Part shown: positions 1 through 11,779 of the stretch, piece by piece
Layout: every line of letters starts with the position of its first letter
How positions within the stretch are numbered: position 1 is the first letter of the stretch
Source of the DNA: Macrostomum lignano
Taxonomy: Eukaryota
Reading direction: 5' to 3'
NCBI GenBank assembly: GCA_002269645.1
Contig: NIVC01000095.1
Location: 570,323 to 634,322, forward strand
DNA length: 64,000 nt
Made by a program: the position numbers and the translations under genes
The notes under the pieces: model-generated
Told to the model about the DNA's origin: nothing
The model's database searches: none
What the model saw: only the letters and a program-made list of their open reading frames with translations

Positions 1-349
1 ACTGCCCTGGTTCATAGTTTAACTATGCGTATTTTACTATTTTAAGTAGTGTCAAGATAGGTACGTTTTGCATGACTGGAAAAATATATTTTTTTGACTC
101 ATCAGAATGTTTTTTCTATCTATTCTAACTTAAATTTCCTTACCGTTTACTGGTTGTTCAGTAGACAAAGATAGACAGACGAGAATGGGTAAAAGCATAC
201 TTCACGGACTACTTAAGTACAATTACGTAAACGACAATTAAGTAGTCCGTGGCATACTTATAATGCATTCAAAGCAAGGCACGAAGAGTGAAGGGAGTAA
301 ATAACTGAGAACAGAGAAATAGAAACGGAGATAGACATGCAGATAGGGG

Positions 350-835
350 AAGAGTGAAGGAGGAAAAGGAGAGAGGGAAAGAGGGAGAAAGAGAGGAAAG
401 ATGGGGAGAGAAAAAGAGAGGTGGAAAGAAGAGAGAAAGGACGAGAAAGGGAAAGGGAGAGGGAGAGAAGGTAGAGAGGAACGGAGAGGGAGAGAGAGGG
501 AGAGGGGAGGGAGAGGTAGAAAGAGGGAGAGAGGGGAGAGGGAGGGAGAGAGAAAGAGAGGGGAGAGAGGAGAGAGGGAGAAAAGGAGAAAGAGAGAGGG
601 GAGGGAGAGAGAGAGGGGGAGAGAGAAACGGAGAGGGAGAGGGAGAGGGAGGGAGAGGTAGAGAGAGGGAGAGAGAAAGAGAGGGGAGAGAGGAGAAGAG
701 GAAGGGCGAGATAGGGAGAGGGAGAGAGAGGGAGAGGGGGGGGAAGAGGGAGAGAGAGGGAGAGAGGAGAGAGGGAGAAAAGGAGAAAGAGAGGAGGAGT
801 GGAGAAAGAGAGAGAGGGAGAGAGGAGAGGAGCAG
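350..835. repeat. GA-rich (polypurine) low-complexity tract
   Basis: Almost pure G/A with degenerate GAGAGG/GGAGA units; it produces the spurious RE-rich and LS-rich ORFs at 238-980. Confidence 0.95.
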
Positions 836-1584
836 ACAGGTAAGAAAATGCAGAGAGGCAAGGTCGCTAGAAGCAAAGTATTTATCAGCGACAGGGAGCA
901 CCGCACCTCACCTCTCAAACATTACCCAGCAAGCTACAATATTTAGAAGACGAAAAACGGAGACCTTAAAAAGGCTATAAAGCTAGAAAATATGCATTTT
1001 CAATGCCTAATACGTCATTCAAATGTATTCAATAAACTTTAAACGCATTCAAAGCAAATATTGACCCTTAATTAAGACAGGAAATAAAAGTAGAACAGAT
1101 CGAGGGACGAAAATATGAAAAAACATTTTCTACGAGCTTTGAGTGCAAGCTGACGGAGGGCACACAATGACAGTTTGGGCAATCTTCTGCTGTGCAGGTG
1201 ACTATCAATTTTACTTACTTGCTTTGCAGACCTTTTGACTCAAATTCTGTTGCCCTCAAAGTCATTCTTAACTTTGAGTCTCGCTTATCTATCTAATTTA
1301 GCTAATTTCTATAAAGCTTTATCTGCTTTCAGTCTTTGATGGTCTCGATTCCAAATACTGTCAAGTTTGATAAGGCGCACAAAGGCAAAAGTCATGTGCG
1401 TTGATTTCAGCTCTGTGTATACTAGTTTGCTAATCTATCTGCTGACGCAGCTGTAAATAATTTAATTCTCTAAATTTTGCTTAAAACAGAACAATTTACC
1501 AGCTTTTGGTTCAGGAGTAACTCTCTCACCAATCTCACCAAGTGTACTTTTCTTTTTCAAGTTTTTTCAACCATACTTTCGAAA

Positions 1585-3838
1585 ATGTTGAAGCAATCGG
1601 CAATTGCCTGTTTTGCTATGATGGTCTGCTTGGCAGCTTGCGTTGATGCCACTAACTGGAGGCCCTGTGGCGGCACAGGTAAGAGACTTTATGACCTATG
1701 AGCTACTATAGCCTATGAACCATAAGCCGCTGTAGTCTATGACTTATGATCTGCTGTAGTTTATGACCTATGATCTGCTGTAGTCCATGACCTATGTTCT
1801 GCTGTAGCCTATGACCTACAGCATCTGCTGTATTATCTACAGATTAGGTCATCTGCTGTATTCGATGACCTATGATCTGCTGTAGTCGATGACCTATGAT
1901 CTGCTGTAGTTTATGACCTATGATCTGCTGTAGGTTATGACCTACGATATGATGTAGTCTATGAACCTATGATCTGCTGTAGTTTATGACCTATGATCTG
2001 CTGTAGTCCATGACCTATGTTCTGCTGTAGCCTATGACCTACAGCATCTGCTGTATTATCTACAGATTAGGTCATCTGCTGTATTCGATGACCTATGATC
2101 TGCTGTAGTTTATGACCTATGATCTGCTGTAGTCCATGACCTATGTTCTGCTGTAGCCTATGACCTACAGCATCTGCTGTATTATCTACAGATTAGGTCA
2201 TCTGCTGTATTCGATGACCTATGATCTGCTGTATTCGATGACCTATGATCTGCTGTAGTTTATGACCTATGATCTGCTGTAGGTTATGACCTATGTTATA
2301 CTGTAGTCTATGACCTATGATATGCTGTAGTCTATGACCTATGATCTGCTGTAGTCAATGACCTATGTTATGCTGTAGTCTATGACCTATGATAGACTAT
2401 AATTGAGTATAGTCTATAGTCTACACTTGAGTACAGTCTATACTATACTTGGGTTGTAGTCAGCTATGACCTATGATCTGCTGTAGTCTATGACCCAGGA
2501 GCTCTGGTTTTAGTCTTTGACCTATGAGCTAATGATAGCTTTAACCGTCGTTCAGCTAGTATACATGTACATAGTGCATTTCAATACAATGATCTTAAAT
2601 ATATCCTATATACTAAAAATGAAAACAAAATCTAACCCTTCACACAAAAATTGGCAGGCAGGAACACGGTCAAGTTCACCGTCGAAGGCTGCGAAGGACG
2701 TCGCCTGTGCCCAGTCAGGCGCGGCCAGTCCTATTGGGTGGAGATGCAGTTCAGGGGCTGTAAGTTACCGCATGTTTGTTTCTGAAGATTATATGCTTCG
2801 CATTCTGTCTACTTAATGCATTAACTTCCGAATTTTCAAGATAGCAACAGCTACTAAGAAACTCATGCTATTATATAATTGTTACGTAATCAGCTACCAT
2901 AGAACCTGAGGCTATTACGAGTATATAATAGTTACTCAATCAGCTACCATAGAACCTCAGGCTATTATATAATAGTTACGCAATAGCATAGAATCAGAGG
3001 CTGTTATATAATAGTTACGCAGTCAGCTACGATAGAACCCCAGGTTATTATATAATAGTTACGTAATAGCAACCATAGAACCTCAGGCTATTATATATTA
3101 GTTACGTAATAGCAACCATAGAACCTCAGGCTATTATGTAATAGTAGTTACGCAATAGCTACCATAGAACCTTCTCTGGTCAACCTTCATTTGTACCTCA
3201 GCATCCGACGCCGACACTTTGGTCGCCTCAGTTCTGGGCAAATCGCGCGGCATGTCCAGTGCGATGCCCCTATCGACCAACAATTTCGATAGTAACGCCT
3301 GCGACTACCTGAATGGAGGCTGCCCGGTGCGCAGGAACACGGTGCACACCTACCGGTACCCGCTCTTCATCGAGCCGTTCTTCCCGCCGGTAAATGATCT
3401 TCTACCGACGTGTCTTTGCTTTGCTTCATTTTCCTACTAGCAGAGTTTTTAAGCAACTGAGTCTCACAGGAGCAATACCTAATTATTGCTGTAGGGCAGG
3501 GGTTGGTAAACTCCAGCCAGTAACCTCATGCGGCCCGCCCTCAACTTCCTAATAGCGAACCGGCCAGCAAAAAGCTTTTGTCTCTTCTCAGCTCTCTTTT
3601 CGCTTCCTTCTCTCCTCTCCATTCTCTCCTCTCCCTTCTCTCCTCTCCCTTCTCTCCTCTCCCTTCTCTCCTCTCCCTTCTGTCCTCTCCCTTCTCTCCT
3701 CTCCCTTATATTTTGGTAATTAAAATGTCTCGAACCTCTTATACCTGGCTCCAGAGCACCTACCTGATCAACTACGGTCTGAAGGACGCCACCGGTCGGT
3801 CCCAGGGCTGCGCTCGGCTCATCATTCGCGTGATGTAG
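1585..3838 (+). CDS. NPC2: NPC2/ML-domain (MD-2-related lipid recognition) secreted sterol/lipid-binding protein; exons 1585-1678, 2658-2759, 3202-3389, 3755-3838
   Basis: The spliced product MLKQSAIACFAMMVCLAACVDATNWRPCGGTG-RNTVKFTVEGCEGRRLCPVRRGQSYWVEMQFRG-SSDADTLVASVLGK...NACDYLNGGCPVRRNTVHTYRYPL...FPP-STYLINYGLKDATGRSQGCARLIIRVM* has a signal peptide, the six ML-domain cysteines and the GQSY motif. All introns are GT-AG with compatible phases (1,1,0). Confidence 0.85.
1700..2510. repeat. 24-bp minisatellite (ATGACCTATGATCTGCTGTAGTCT) in NPC2 intron 1, with a longer repeated variant block
   Basis: ATGACC recurs at 1865, 1889 and 1913. A variant block (...CCTACAGCATCTGCTGTATTATCTACAGATTAGGTCAT...) occurs three times. 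Confidence 0.95.
2865..3170. repeat. ~41-50-bp minisatellite (TATATAATAGTTACG...CATAGAACCTCAGGCTA) in NPC2 intron 2
   Basis: About 7 imperfect tandem copies are visible. Confidence 0.9.
3590..3705. repeat. CT-rich microsatellite in NPC2 intron 3
   Basis: (TCTCCTCTCCCT)n-like tract. Confidence 0.9.
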
Positions 3839-4164
3839 AAAACCGAAGCTTGCCAAGCAAACTTAATGAAGTTTCAACTTATACATAAAGCCTCATCTTT
3901 AACAGAATATAAGCCATTAATACGAGGCTTAAAACTTTAAGTCCATGTAGCGATCATCTATTATCAGTTGTCATCTTTTTTCTGTAGTTAAACAAAAATG
4001 AGCAAGTCTCAAAGTCGTTGTAGTTGTTTCATCATATCGTTAAATGCCAACTTTTTGATAATAAAAGCACAAGATATATACACTGAGCGACACAATACTT
4101 CGTTGTGGCATCGTTTGTATTATATTATTATTTACACCATGTACGAGCCCACAAGTACTAGTTC

Positions 4165-4966
4165 CTCATAGACTAATCTCATACTTGCTGCTCATAGACT
4201 AATCTCATGCTTGTCGCTCATAGACAAACCTCATACTTGATGCTCATAGACTAATCTCATACTTGATGCTCATAGACTAATCTCATACTTGATGCTCATA
4301 GACAAATCTCATACTTGATGCTCATAGACTAATCTCATGCTTGTCGCTCATAGACTAATCTCATGCTTGTCGCTCATAGACTAATCTCATGCTTGTCGCT
4401 CATAGACTAATCTCATGCTTGTCGCTCATAGACAAATCTCATACTTGATGCTCATAGACTAATCTCATACTTGATGCTCATAGACTAATCTCATACTTGA
4501 TGCTCATAGACTAATCTCATACTTGCTGCTCATAGACTAATCTCATACTTGATGCTCATAGACTAATCTCATGCTTGTCGCTCATAGACTAATCTCATAC
4601 TTGATGCTCATAGACTAATCTCATACTTGATGCTCATAGATTAATCTCATACTTGCTGCTCATAGACTATTCTCATACTTGATGCTCATAGACTAATCTC
4701 ATACTTGCTGCTCATAGACTAATCTCATACTTGATGCTCATAGACTAATCTCATACTTGATGCTCATAGACTAATCTCATACTTGATGCTCATAGACTAA
4801 TCTCATGCTTGATGCTCATAGACTAATCTCATGCTTGTCGCTCATAGACTAATCTCATGCTTGTCGCTCATAGACTAATCTCATGCTTGATGCTCATAGA
4901 CTAATCTCATACTTGATGCTCATAGACTAATCTCATGCTTGTCGCTCATGACTAATCTCATGCTTG
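4165..4966. repeat. 26-bp minisatellite (CTCATAGACTAATCTCATACTTGATG), ~30 copies
   Basis: ACTTGATG recurs at 4261 and 4287; two main variants (ACTTGAT/GCTTGTC) alternate. Confidence 0.95.
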
Positions 4967-5003
4967 TCAACTGTTGTTGATGGTTGTCGAGCCAACTGTA
5001 TGA

Positions 5004-5834
5004 GCACCTGGACAGCGGTCAGGACACCAGGAAGCTGCTGCTGGCGTAGAGACACTCGACTTTCTACGCGACTGGGCCGCCCAAAAATCACTGCTGAAAC
5101 TCTTACCTAGGGAGACATCCGCTCGGACTGACGAACCGGCTACCAGGCCTTCGCAGTCTGCATGCAGCGCCTCCACGTTACATCCTCCAGCTGAGGACAC
5201 ACCTGAGAATCTTGCGGAGGACACAACTGAGAAACCAGCTGAGGACACAACAAGGAAACCAGCTGAGGACACAACTAGGAAACCAGCTGAGGACACAACT
5301 AGGAAACCAGCTGAGGACTCAACTAGGAGACCAGCTGAGCACACAACTGAGAAACCAGCTGAGGACACAACTAGGAGACCAGCTGAGGACACAACTGAGA
5401 AACCAGCTGAGGACACAACTAGGAGACCAGCTGAGGACACAACTGAGAAACCAGCTGAGGACACAACTAGGAGACCAGCTGAGGACACAACTAGGAGACC
5501 AGCTGAGGACACAACTGAGAAACCAGCTGAGGACACAACTAGGAGACCAGCTGAGGACACAACTGAGAAACCAGCTGAGGACACAACAAAGAAACCAGCT
5601 GAGGACACAACTAGGAAACCAGCTGAGGACACAACTAGGAAACCAGCTGAGGACACAACTAAGAAGCCAGATGAGAACTCAAAGGAAGACCAATGGAAGC
5701 CAGAAAAAGCAGAGTCCAGCAGAGACACTCAAAAGGCTTCCAACGATTCTGCTGACAACTTAAGGACCCCCAGAAATAGAGAGGAAGAGCATGAAAAATT
5801 TGTCACTTGGATTGAGCAACGAACAAATCATTAG
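5004..5834 (+). other. ATG-less open frame of 277 codons containing ~20 copies of a 24-bp repeat encoding PAEDTT(R/E)K
   Basis: The frame is open from TGA 5001-5003 to TAG 5832-5834. The repeat (about 5180-5670) is flanked by non-repetitive, protein-like sequence (VETLDFLRDWAAQKSLLKLLP...; EEEHEKFVTWIEQRTNH). Confidence 0.4.
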
Positions 5835-6234
5835 GACGTAAAGGGAATAACTTGTAAAAAAAATCAGTTTAAAGTTCACTATTTTAAGTAATCTTGTCTT
5901 CCTAGATTTCCTTGATCTATTATAGCCTTTCCGCACGCATTTCTGTCGCACCTTAACGTGCGTATGTAGATCGTGTACTTTCGTCACACTTTCTAAACAT
6001 TCAATTAATTATGCTTATTGAACTTATCAAAGCACCCATAGGATCGATATCTCTACTACTGTATAAGTTTTAGTAAGCTTTTATTCGAAATAACTTTTGG
6101 ACAAAGCTATCAACAGCTTTTTTTACAAAGCGCATTTAAAAAAGACTTGCAGCCAACAAAAGGTGGCTTGCGGAAGCGGGAGTTGGCCGACACCATCTTC
6201 TGCCTATCTAGGAAGTCTCTAGGAAGTCCCCAGC

Positions 6235-6720
6235 GCTCCGGTGTTTCTGTTCCCACGCAGTGTGACGAACAGTGACCGCTCGGACCTACGAAAAACCGCG
6301 TTTAGGTCTCCGAGGACGATCCCTGTGTCACGCTGCGCCGCTGCCCCATCTGTACCGACAGCTGCTCGAAGAAGTCTTGAGCCTCATCAGGACGGGTGGC
6401 AGGTGGCGCATACGTGCAGAATAGGCGAGCGTTCCGGCCTCGAAGCCAACTTCAACTCAAACAACTCCAACTCCTCCACGGCCTTGTTGGTCCGCCGATG
6501 TGTTGTGGAGGGTCCATCCGGCGCCCAGATCCTCACAGTGAAGCCCCGGATCAGCCTTGATAGACACCTCGTGCAGTGCGATGATATCACAGCTTAGGTC
6601 GATCGCTAGCTTTGCCAGAGCCCCTCTCCGCCGGGCGGCCTTGAGAGTGCGGCAGTGCAGCGTCCAGTTCGGCGGCAGTTTAGCGGCAGTTCGGGAAATT
6701 CGCATAGAAAATACTAGCGT
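6235..6720 (-). mobile_element. Degenerate LINE (RTE-like) APE endonuclease fragment
   Basis: Translation across frameshifts gives LAKLAIDLSCDIIALHEV...GRGGVG and YAPPATRPDEAQDFFEQLSVQ...QRDTGIVLGDLNAV, which are APE endonuclease motifs. Confidence 0.8.
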
Positions 6721-8277
6721 ACAAAGCGCAATGAAGAAGCAGTTTTGAGGCTCACTAGCTACTCAGTGCGGGTTCCGTGCTAAGGATGTGGACTCTGTTG
6801 GCTTTATAAAAAGTATTAGAGATGTAGCTGATCGATTTTAGTCTTTTTCTGAGACAACAAGTGAGTGAGTGAGAGAGGATAAAAGCAGAGGATGACTCAA
6901 TCGCTATAGTAGTTTCAGCTATATACAAAGAGTCACATTCAAAACTAACTGCAAGTTGTAATTCTTTCTCAATATTCTCAAAGTGATTGTATTTTGGACA
7001 TTCCCTCGTTTGTCAGGAAAGGAGAGAATGAAGAGGAGAGAAAAGAGAGGAGAGAAGGGAGAGAAGAAGAGAGAAAGAGAAGAGATTATTCGAGAGAAGA
7101 CAGTTAAGAAAAGAAGAAACTTTAAGCAGGCCGGATTGCTATGGTGAAGTTTCAAAGGACCCGAGGGCAGGATAGAGAGGTATCACGGGCTGCATGTGGT
7201 CTGTGGTCCGGAGTTTGCGGATCAATGAATTATACAAACGTCTAAAACTTTGGTATGCATCAGCTACATGTATATGTAATTTTCTTAAATTAATCATTAT
7301 CTGATGCGCCTAGAATCTCTATGCTTCTCTCTCAATGTTGGACTTTCTGGCTCAAATAGCTCCTCGAACTCTCGCTAGCAAAATTCGGACTAAGGCTATC
7401 TGCGCGGATACTTAGCTCGTACTTTAATATAAAAGACTAGGGCAGAAAGGAGTGAAATCGAGTATGTCAGCCTTTCCCTAAGTCATTAGGTTCGATCTTA
7501 GATAGGATCGAAGTTATAAGTCCGTCATAAAGGTTTTTAAACACACCTGTGACTGAATCATAAGTTCGAGCTAAAGTTGAAACTTAAGAGTCAGTCTTAG
7601 GACACATTGTCGCTATCTGTCGGTGTAATGTTAAAATACCTATTTGCCAGTGACGTTTCAGAGACTCATACTAAACCATAGCGTAATGTGCTACTTAAAG
7701 TAATAAGTAGAGAAAAATCTATTTTAATCTGTAACCTAGAGTCATGGGCCCCATGGGCCCGTTCTATAAAACTTTCGTAAGTTCCATCGTACGATCGAAC
7801 TTACGCACGAGAGTTGAGAACCGTCTCAGAATGTTCTTAAGTGCGTTCGGTGAAACTTTCGCAGATGCGTCGTAACTTACGCAGTAGCTGCGATCAAACT
7901 TAAGAATTCATGCCTGACTTTTTCCTCTGCCAGTGGTCTTTTTGAAACTGATTTTACCGTAATTGGAACTTAGCTTGTAAAAAACACACGATGCAATCTT
8001 AAATTAAAGTAAGAAATAATCATGCTCATTTATCCATTACCATTACAATCAATATGAGCTATGACCATTTTGTCACAGGTCGATTCCATTGTTGTATTTA
8101 GGCACATTAAAAAACATTCAAACAAGGGTGCCTTATTCATTCGCATATACAAATAAGGCCTAGCGAATTCCTTAATTACGTTCCTAGTGCCATTTTGACA
8201 CATCACATGTCATTAAAATTAAGCTGCTGACTGCTCTCATTGCCTCGATTTTTCTTTTTTATCGTCAGTCTCGATCT

Positions 8278-9003
8278 TCAGCCTCTCTCTCTCTCGAGAA
8301 ACAATCTGTCGTTTTCAACTTCCAATCGAGCTTCCTCCACCCGAAGACGTTTTATTTCTAAGCTTTCGATCAGCCCAAGTTTGCTCTGCTTTCGCTGACG
8401 CTTCGTGTTCTTGGCAGCGGGGTTAGCAACAGACTCCACTTTTTTCGTCGTCAGCTGTCTCGTACTCAGGCGATGCGCCTCTGCCAACTGCTTCGGAAAA
8501 TTCATCAGCAGGCGCACTTGCGATATCAATGTACGAGCGTACAATGTACTTGGCCGCCGAGCTTGATGCTGCACTATTGGATTTAGGCAGCTGCAGCGTG
8601 TCAACACCACGTGGCACGCCTTCCACGACCTGTTTACGGATGGACTGCGCCGCCTTCTCCTCTAAATTCGACAGCTGTGGGGCCTGCGATGGACCGCCTC
8701 CTGTCTTAGCTTGCTCTTTGCGGATGCTGGCTACTTTGTTCTTCAATTGACTCTTGAAGTCGGACCACCGCTTTCGGCAGTTCTCTCCAGAACGTCCTTG
8801 TCCACGACTGCATTCAAGATATCGGCAATTTGCTGCCATCCACGTTTTTTTCGAAAATTCGCTTCGACAGTATTTGAGGGGCTCTCCAGGTAACTTTTCC
8901 GTTCGGTCGTTGCTTCTTGCAGCGTCTCCAGTTCCGCCGTTGACCAGTTCGCCGCGCGTTTTTGTGCTGCGTTAGAATTCATTGCATTCCAATTATTTGG
9001 CAC
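8278..9003 (-). pseudogene. Harbinger Myb/SANT-like DNA-binding protein, frameshifted
   Basis: KRAANWSTAELETL...KKRGWQQIADILNAV and RSGENCRKRWSDFK...KTGGGP (Myb_DNA-bind_5-type motifs) lie in different frames (ORFs 8743-9003 and 8423-8839). A coiled-coil tail lies in a third frame (8278-8610). Confidence 0.8.
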
Positions 9004-9296
9004 TTTCGCCCGTATCAGCTTCTCTTTATGCTGTTATACGAGCTATACGAGCGTAATTGCCACTCTACTTAAATATCGATTGGTCAAGGCTGTTTGCAAC
9101 CCTTCGACGGCAAGATCAATTATGTGATGCGAACGTATATTTGAGGAGCAATTATCAGGTCGGCCTGATAAGACGGTCAGCCAGTCACAGTATAGGGGAC
9201 ATAAAGTTAAGGATAATTAGAGTGGTTTGACACCGGCCCCGGGCCCTCTTAAAACTTACTTAATTAACCAATAAAATCTATTATCTAATTATCTAT

Positions 9297-10424
9297 TTGA
9301 AGCAACTTATGTTTCAAGGACTTAGCGCTGAAATTCCCCATCGGATTGCTAACTCACTTGCAATTGCCAAAGTCAGATCCGAGAATGAATTTTTGGACAT
9401 CGCATTATTCGCTCAGCATGCTTTGAGAACTGAGAGAAGGTTTCGAGACAGACTTGACCCTCTCGACTTCAGTGATCGGGAAATTTTCGAGCGGTACCGG
9501 CTGCCACGTCAACCTTTGCTGGAGCTCATTGAGTTGCTGCGGCCGCAACTACAACGTCAGACGCGTCGCAACAGAGCTATTTCCGTCGAACTGCAGGTTT
9601 GCCTTGCCCTCCGATTTTTTGCAACAGGCAGCTTTCTCAAAATCATTGGGGACGTTTTCAACTGTAGCTGCGTCACGGTGTCCGGAGTTGTGACTGAAGT
9701 TTGCCCGCTGCTTCAGGACATGGCACCCATTCGCATTTCGTTTCCAAGCAATTAGCAAGCAGCAGCAGCATCAGCACGTGCATTTTTTGAAATTGCCGGA
9801 ATGCCTCAGGTGCTCGGAGCCATAGACTGCACGCACATCCGCATCCGGCGCCCTACCGATGACGGTGGAATCTTCATTAATCGAAAAGGATTTCACTCGA
9901 TTAATGTTCAGGCCGTATGTAGTGCCAATCTCGCATTTACAAACGTTGTCGCACGTTGGCCTGGAAGTAGCCACGACCCCTTCATTTTTCAACAATCTGC
10001 ACTGAACGATCTCCTCGCGGATGGGAAGGTCGCTGGCTTCTTGGTTGGAGATGCGGGCTACCCACTCCGACCGTTTCTGATGACGCCATTTAGGGATCCA
10101 CAAACAAATTCCGAGCAAAATTTCAACCGGCGACTAAGCAAAACGCGCGTAATAATCGAGAGGGCTTTTGGTGTTTTGAAAGCGAGATTTCGATGCCTCG
10201 ATCACAGCGGAGGAGCTTTACAATTCAATCCGAGTAAAGTGTGCAACATCATTGTTGCATGCTGCGTGCTCCACAATTTCGCCGTGGCCAGAGCCATTCC
10301 AATTCCACCTGAACATCAGCCGCTAGCCATGGAAGCAACTGCTGAAAATGAAGCCGCACTGGCTGAAGACACCGCTGCTGGTCGAGCAGAAAGGCAGCGG
10401 ATCATGGAGCTACTCCCACCGTGA
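9297..10424 (+). pseudogene. Harbinger (HARBI1-like, DDE_Tnp_4) transposase with one in-frame TAG at 9753-9755
   Basis: ORFs 9297-9755 and 9801-10424 are in the same frame and join as ISFPSN*QAAAASARAFFEIAGMPQVLGAIDCTH. The catalytic IDCTH, GDAGYP and IERAFG motifs are intact. Confidence 0.9.
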
Positions 10425-11779
10425 CTCACTTAAGCAAAATTAGTGTTTCTTGCTACTCAAATTTTAAATTAACAATTTTCGCTATTGTTTGATTTTTTCA
10501 GTCTTTAAACTTACTCAAATATACAGTAAAATGCGAATTTCTTGACTGAATGAAGTCGGCGCTGTGCATTTTCACAACTAAAGAGTGACTTACGACAGGT
10601 CCGACCTGTCTTAGATTTACGGCGGAACTTAAGAAGCCGAAGTGACCTACGAAAGTTTCACCAAACGCAAATTTACGCTTGCGCGATGACTTAAGAAGCT
10701 TCTTAAATCTAAGAACGGTCTTAAGATACGATTGTTTCACCGAACATTTTACGACACGGCGCAAACGTAAGTTCCAACTTAAGGATACGCAAGCTTTATA
10801 AAACGGGCCCATGGACAAACAGAGTGATTCAGAACCCTACGTGGGACCAACGGCTGTTTGATCAAGGAACCGTTTTCTAACCAACAACCGGTTTCCAACG
10901 GAGACCAATCTCTGAGGGACCACACTTGTCCAATTGGTAAGCGTTTACCGGATTCAGTTCTTTGATTGTTAGACTTAATAAGTTGATTAATTGAGTTTAT
11001 GAGAGCCGTTTATTGTCGATACATTTGAGAAAGGCCTCCTTGTTTCCTAGGATATATTCCTAGAGGATTTATTGATTTGATTTGAGTTATCCGTTACGCT
11101 TCGGGCGTAGCGAAGAAGACGCCCTTCAGGAGGACCTATTACAGAAACCTAGAGAATTCAAATGTTCATTAGAGCGCACGTGCCATTGTTAATTCCGAGC
11201 TCGAGGACCTTCAAGAAATTCTGCCTCGCTCTCGCTTTTGGTTGACCCAGATAAAGTCAACGACTCACAGAGACAACACCTCACCGCCGCCGAACCAAGA
11301 AGTCAAGAAGCTACTAAAAGAGCTACTCCAGTAAGAGTTATTTGATTTTGCACATGCCTAGTTACCCAGTGTCTAGAAGTCGGAGTTTTTTATTAGTGAC
11401 TGATCACCACTCTTAAACTCTTCAACATTCATTAACATTTAAGTTCGGATTCATCGGGGCGTTATTCTCACTAAAGTCATTGGATCATTTGGATTAAAAA
11501 ATTGAGACACCAATCAACATGGACCACTAAAGTAACGGTCTTATCGAAACGTGACTTTTAATGCTCCTTGGTTATCAGTTTATAGGTACGAGTAGTAACC
11601 AGATTAAATCTCTAATATATTTTTTAAGTTTAACCAGAAACGATTTTGATGTGTTTTGTATTTGATGTGGTTTGTAATCGAATCGTAGCGAATCAAACAC
11701 GTTTTTTTACCTTATTTATCCACCACCAACATTGTTGTTTAATAGCTGAGATAAGGTAGCCACTCAATTTGATACGCTC

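Larger units (their letters stand above)
7755..10810. mobile_element. PIF/Harbinger DNA transposon (~3.06 kb) with two divergent genes
   Basis: Left end GGGCCCGTTCTATAAAACTTTCGTA at 7755 and right end TACGCAAGCTTTATAAAACGGGCCC ending at 10810 form imperfect TIRs. AT flanks both ends directly. CTTAAG-rich subterminal repeats are present, with a Myb/SANT gene and a DDE transposase inside. Confidence 0.9.

Noticed and set aside
238-980. RE-rich and LS-rich ORFs
   Set aside because: They are translations of a GA low-complexity tract.
11088-11190. YPLRFGR followed by an acidic stretch, resembling an RFamide precursor
   Set aside because: There is an in-frame stop just upstream, only a weak GAG acceptor, and no signal-peptide exon; it is probably chance.
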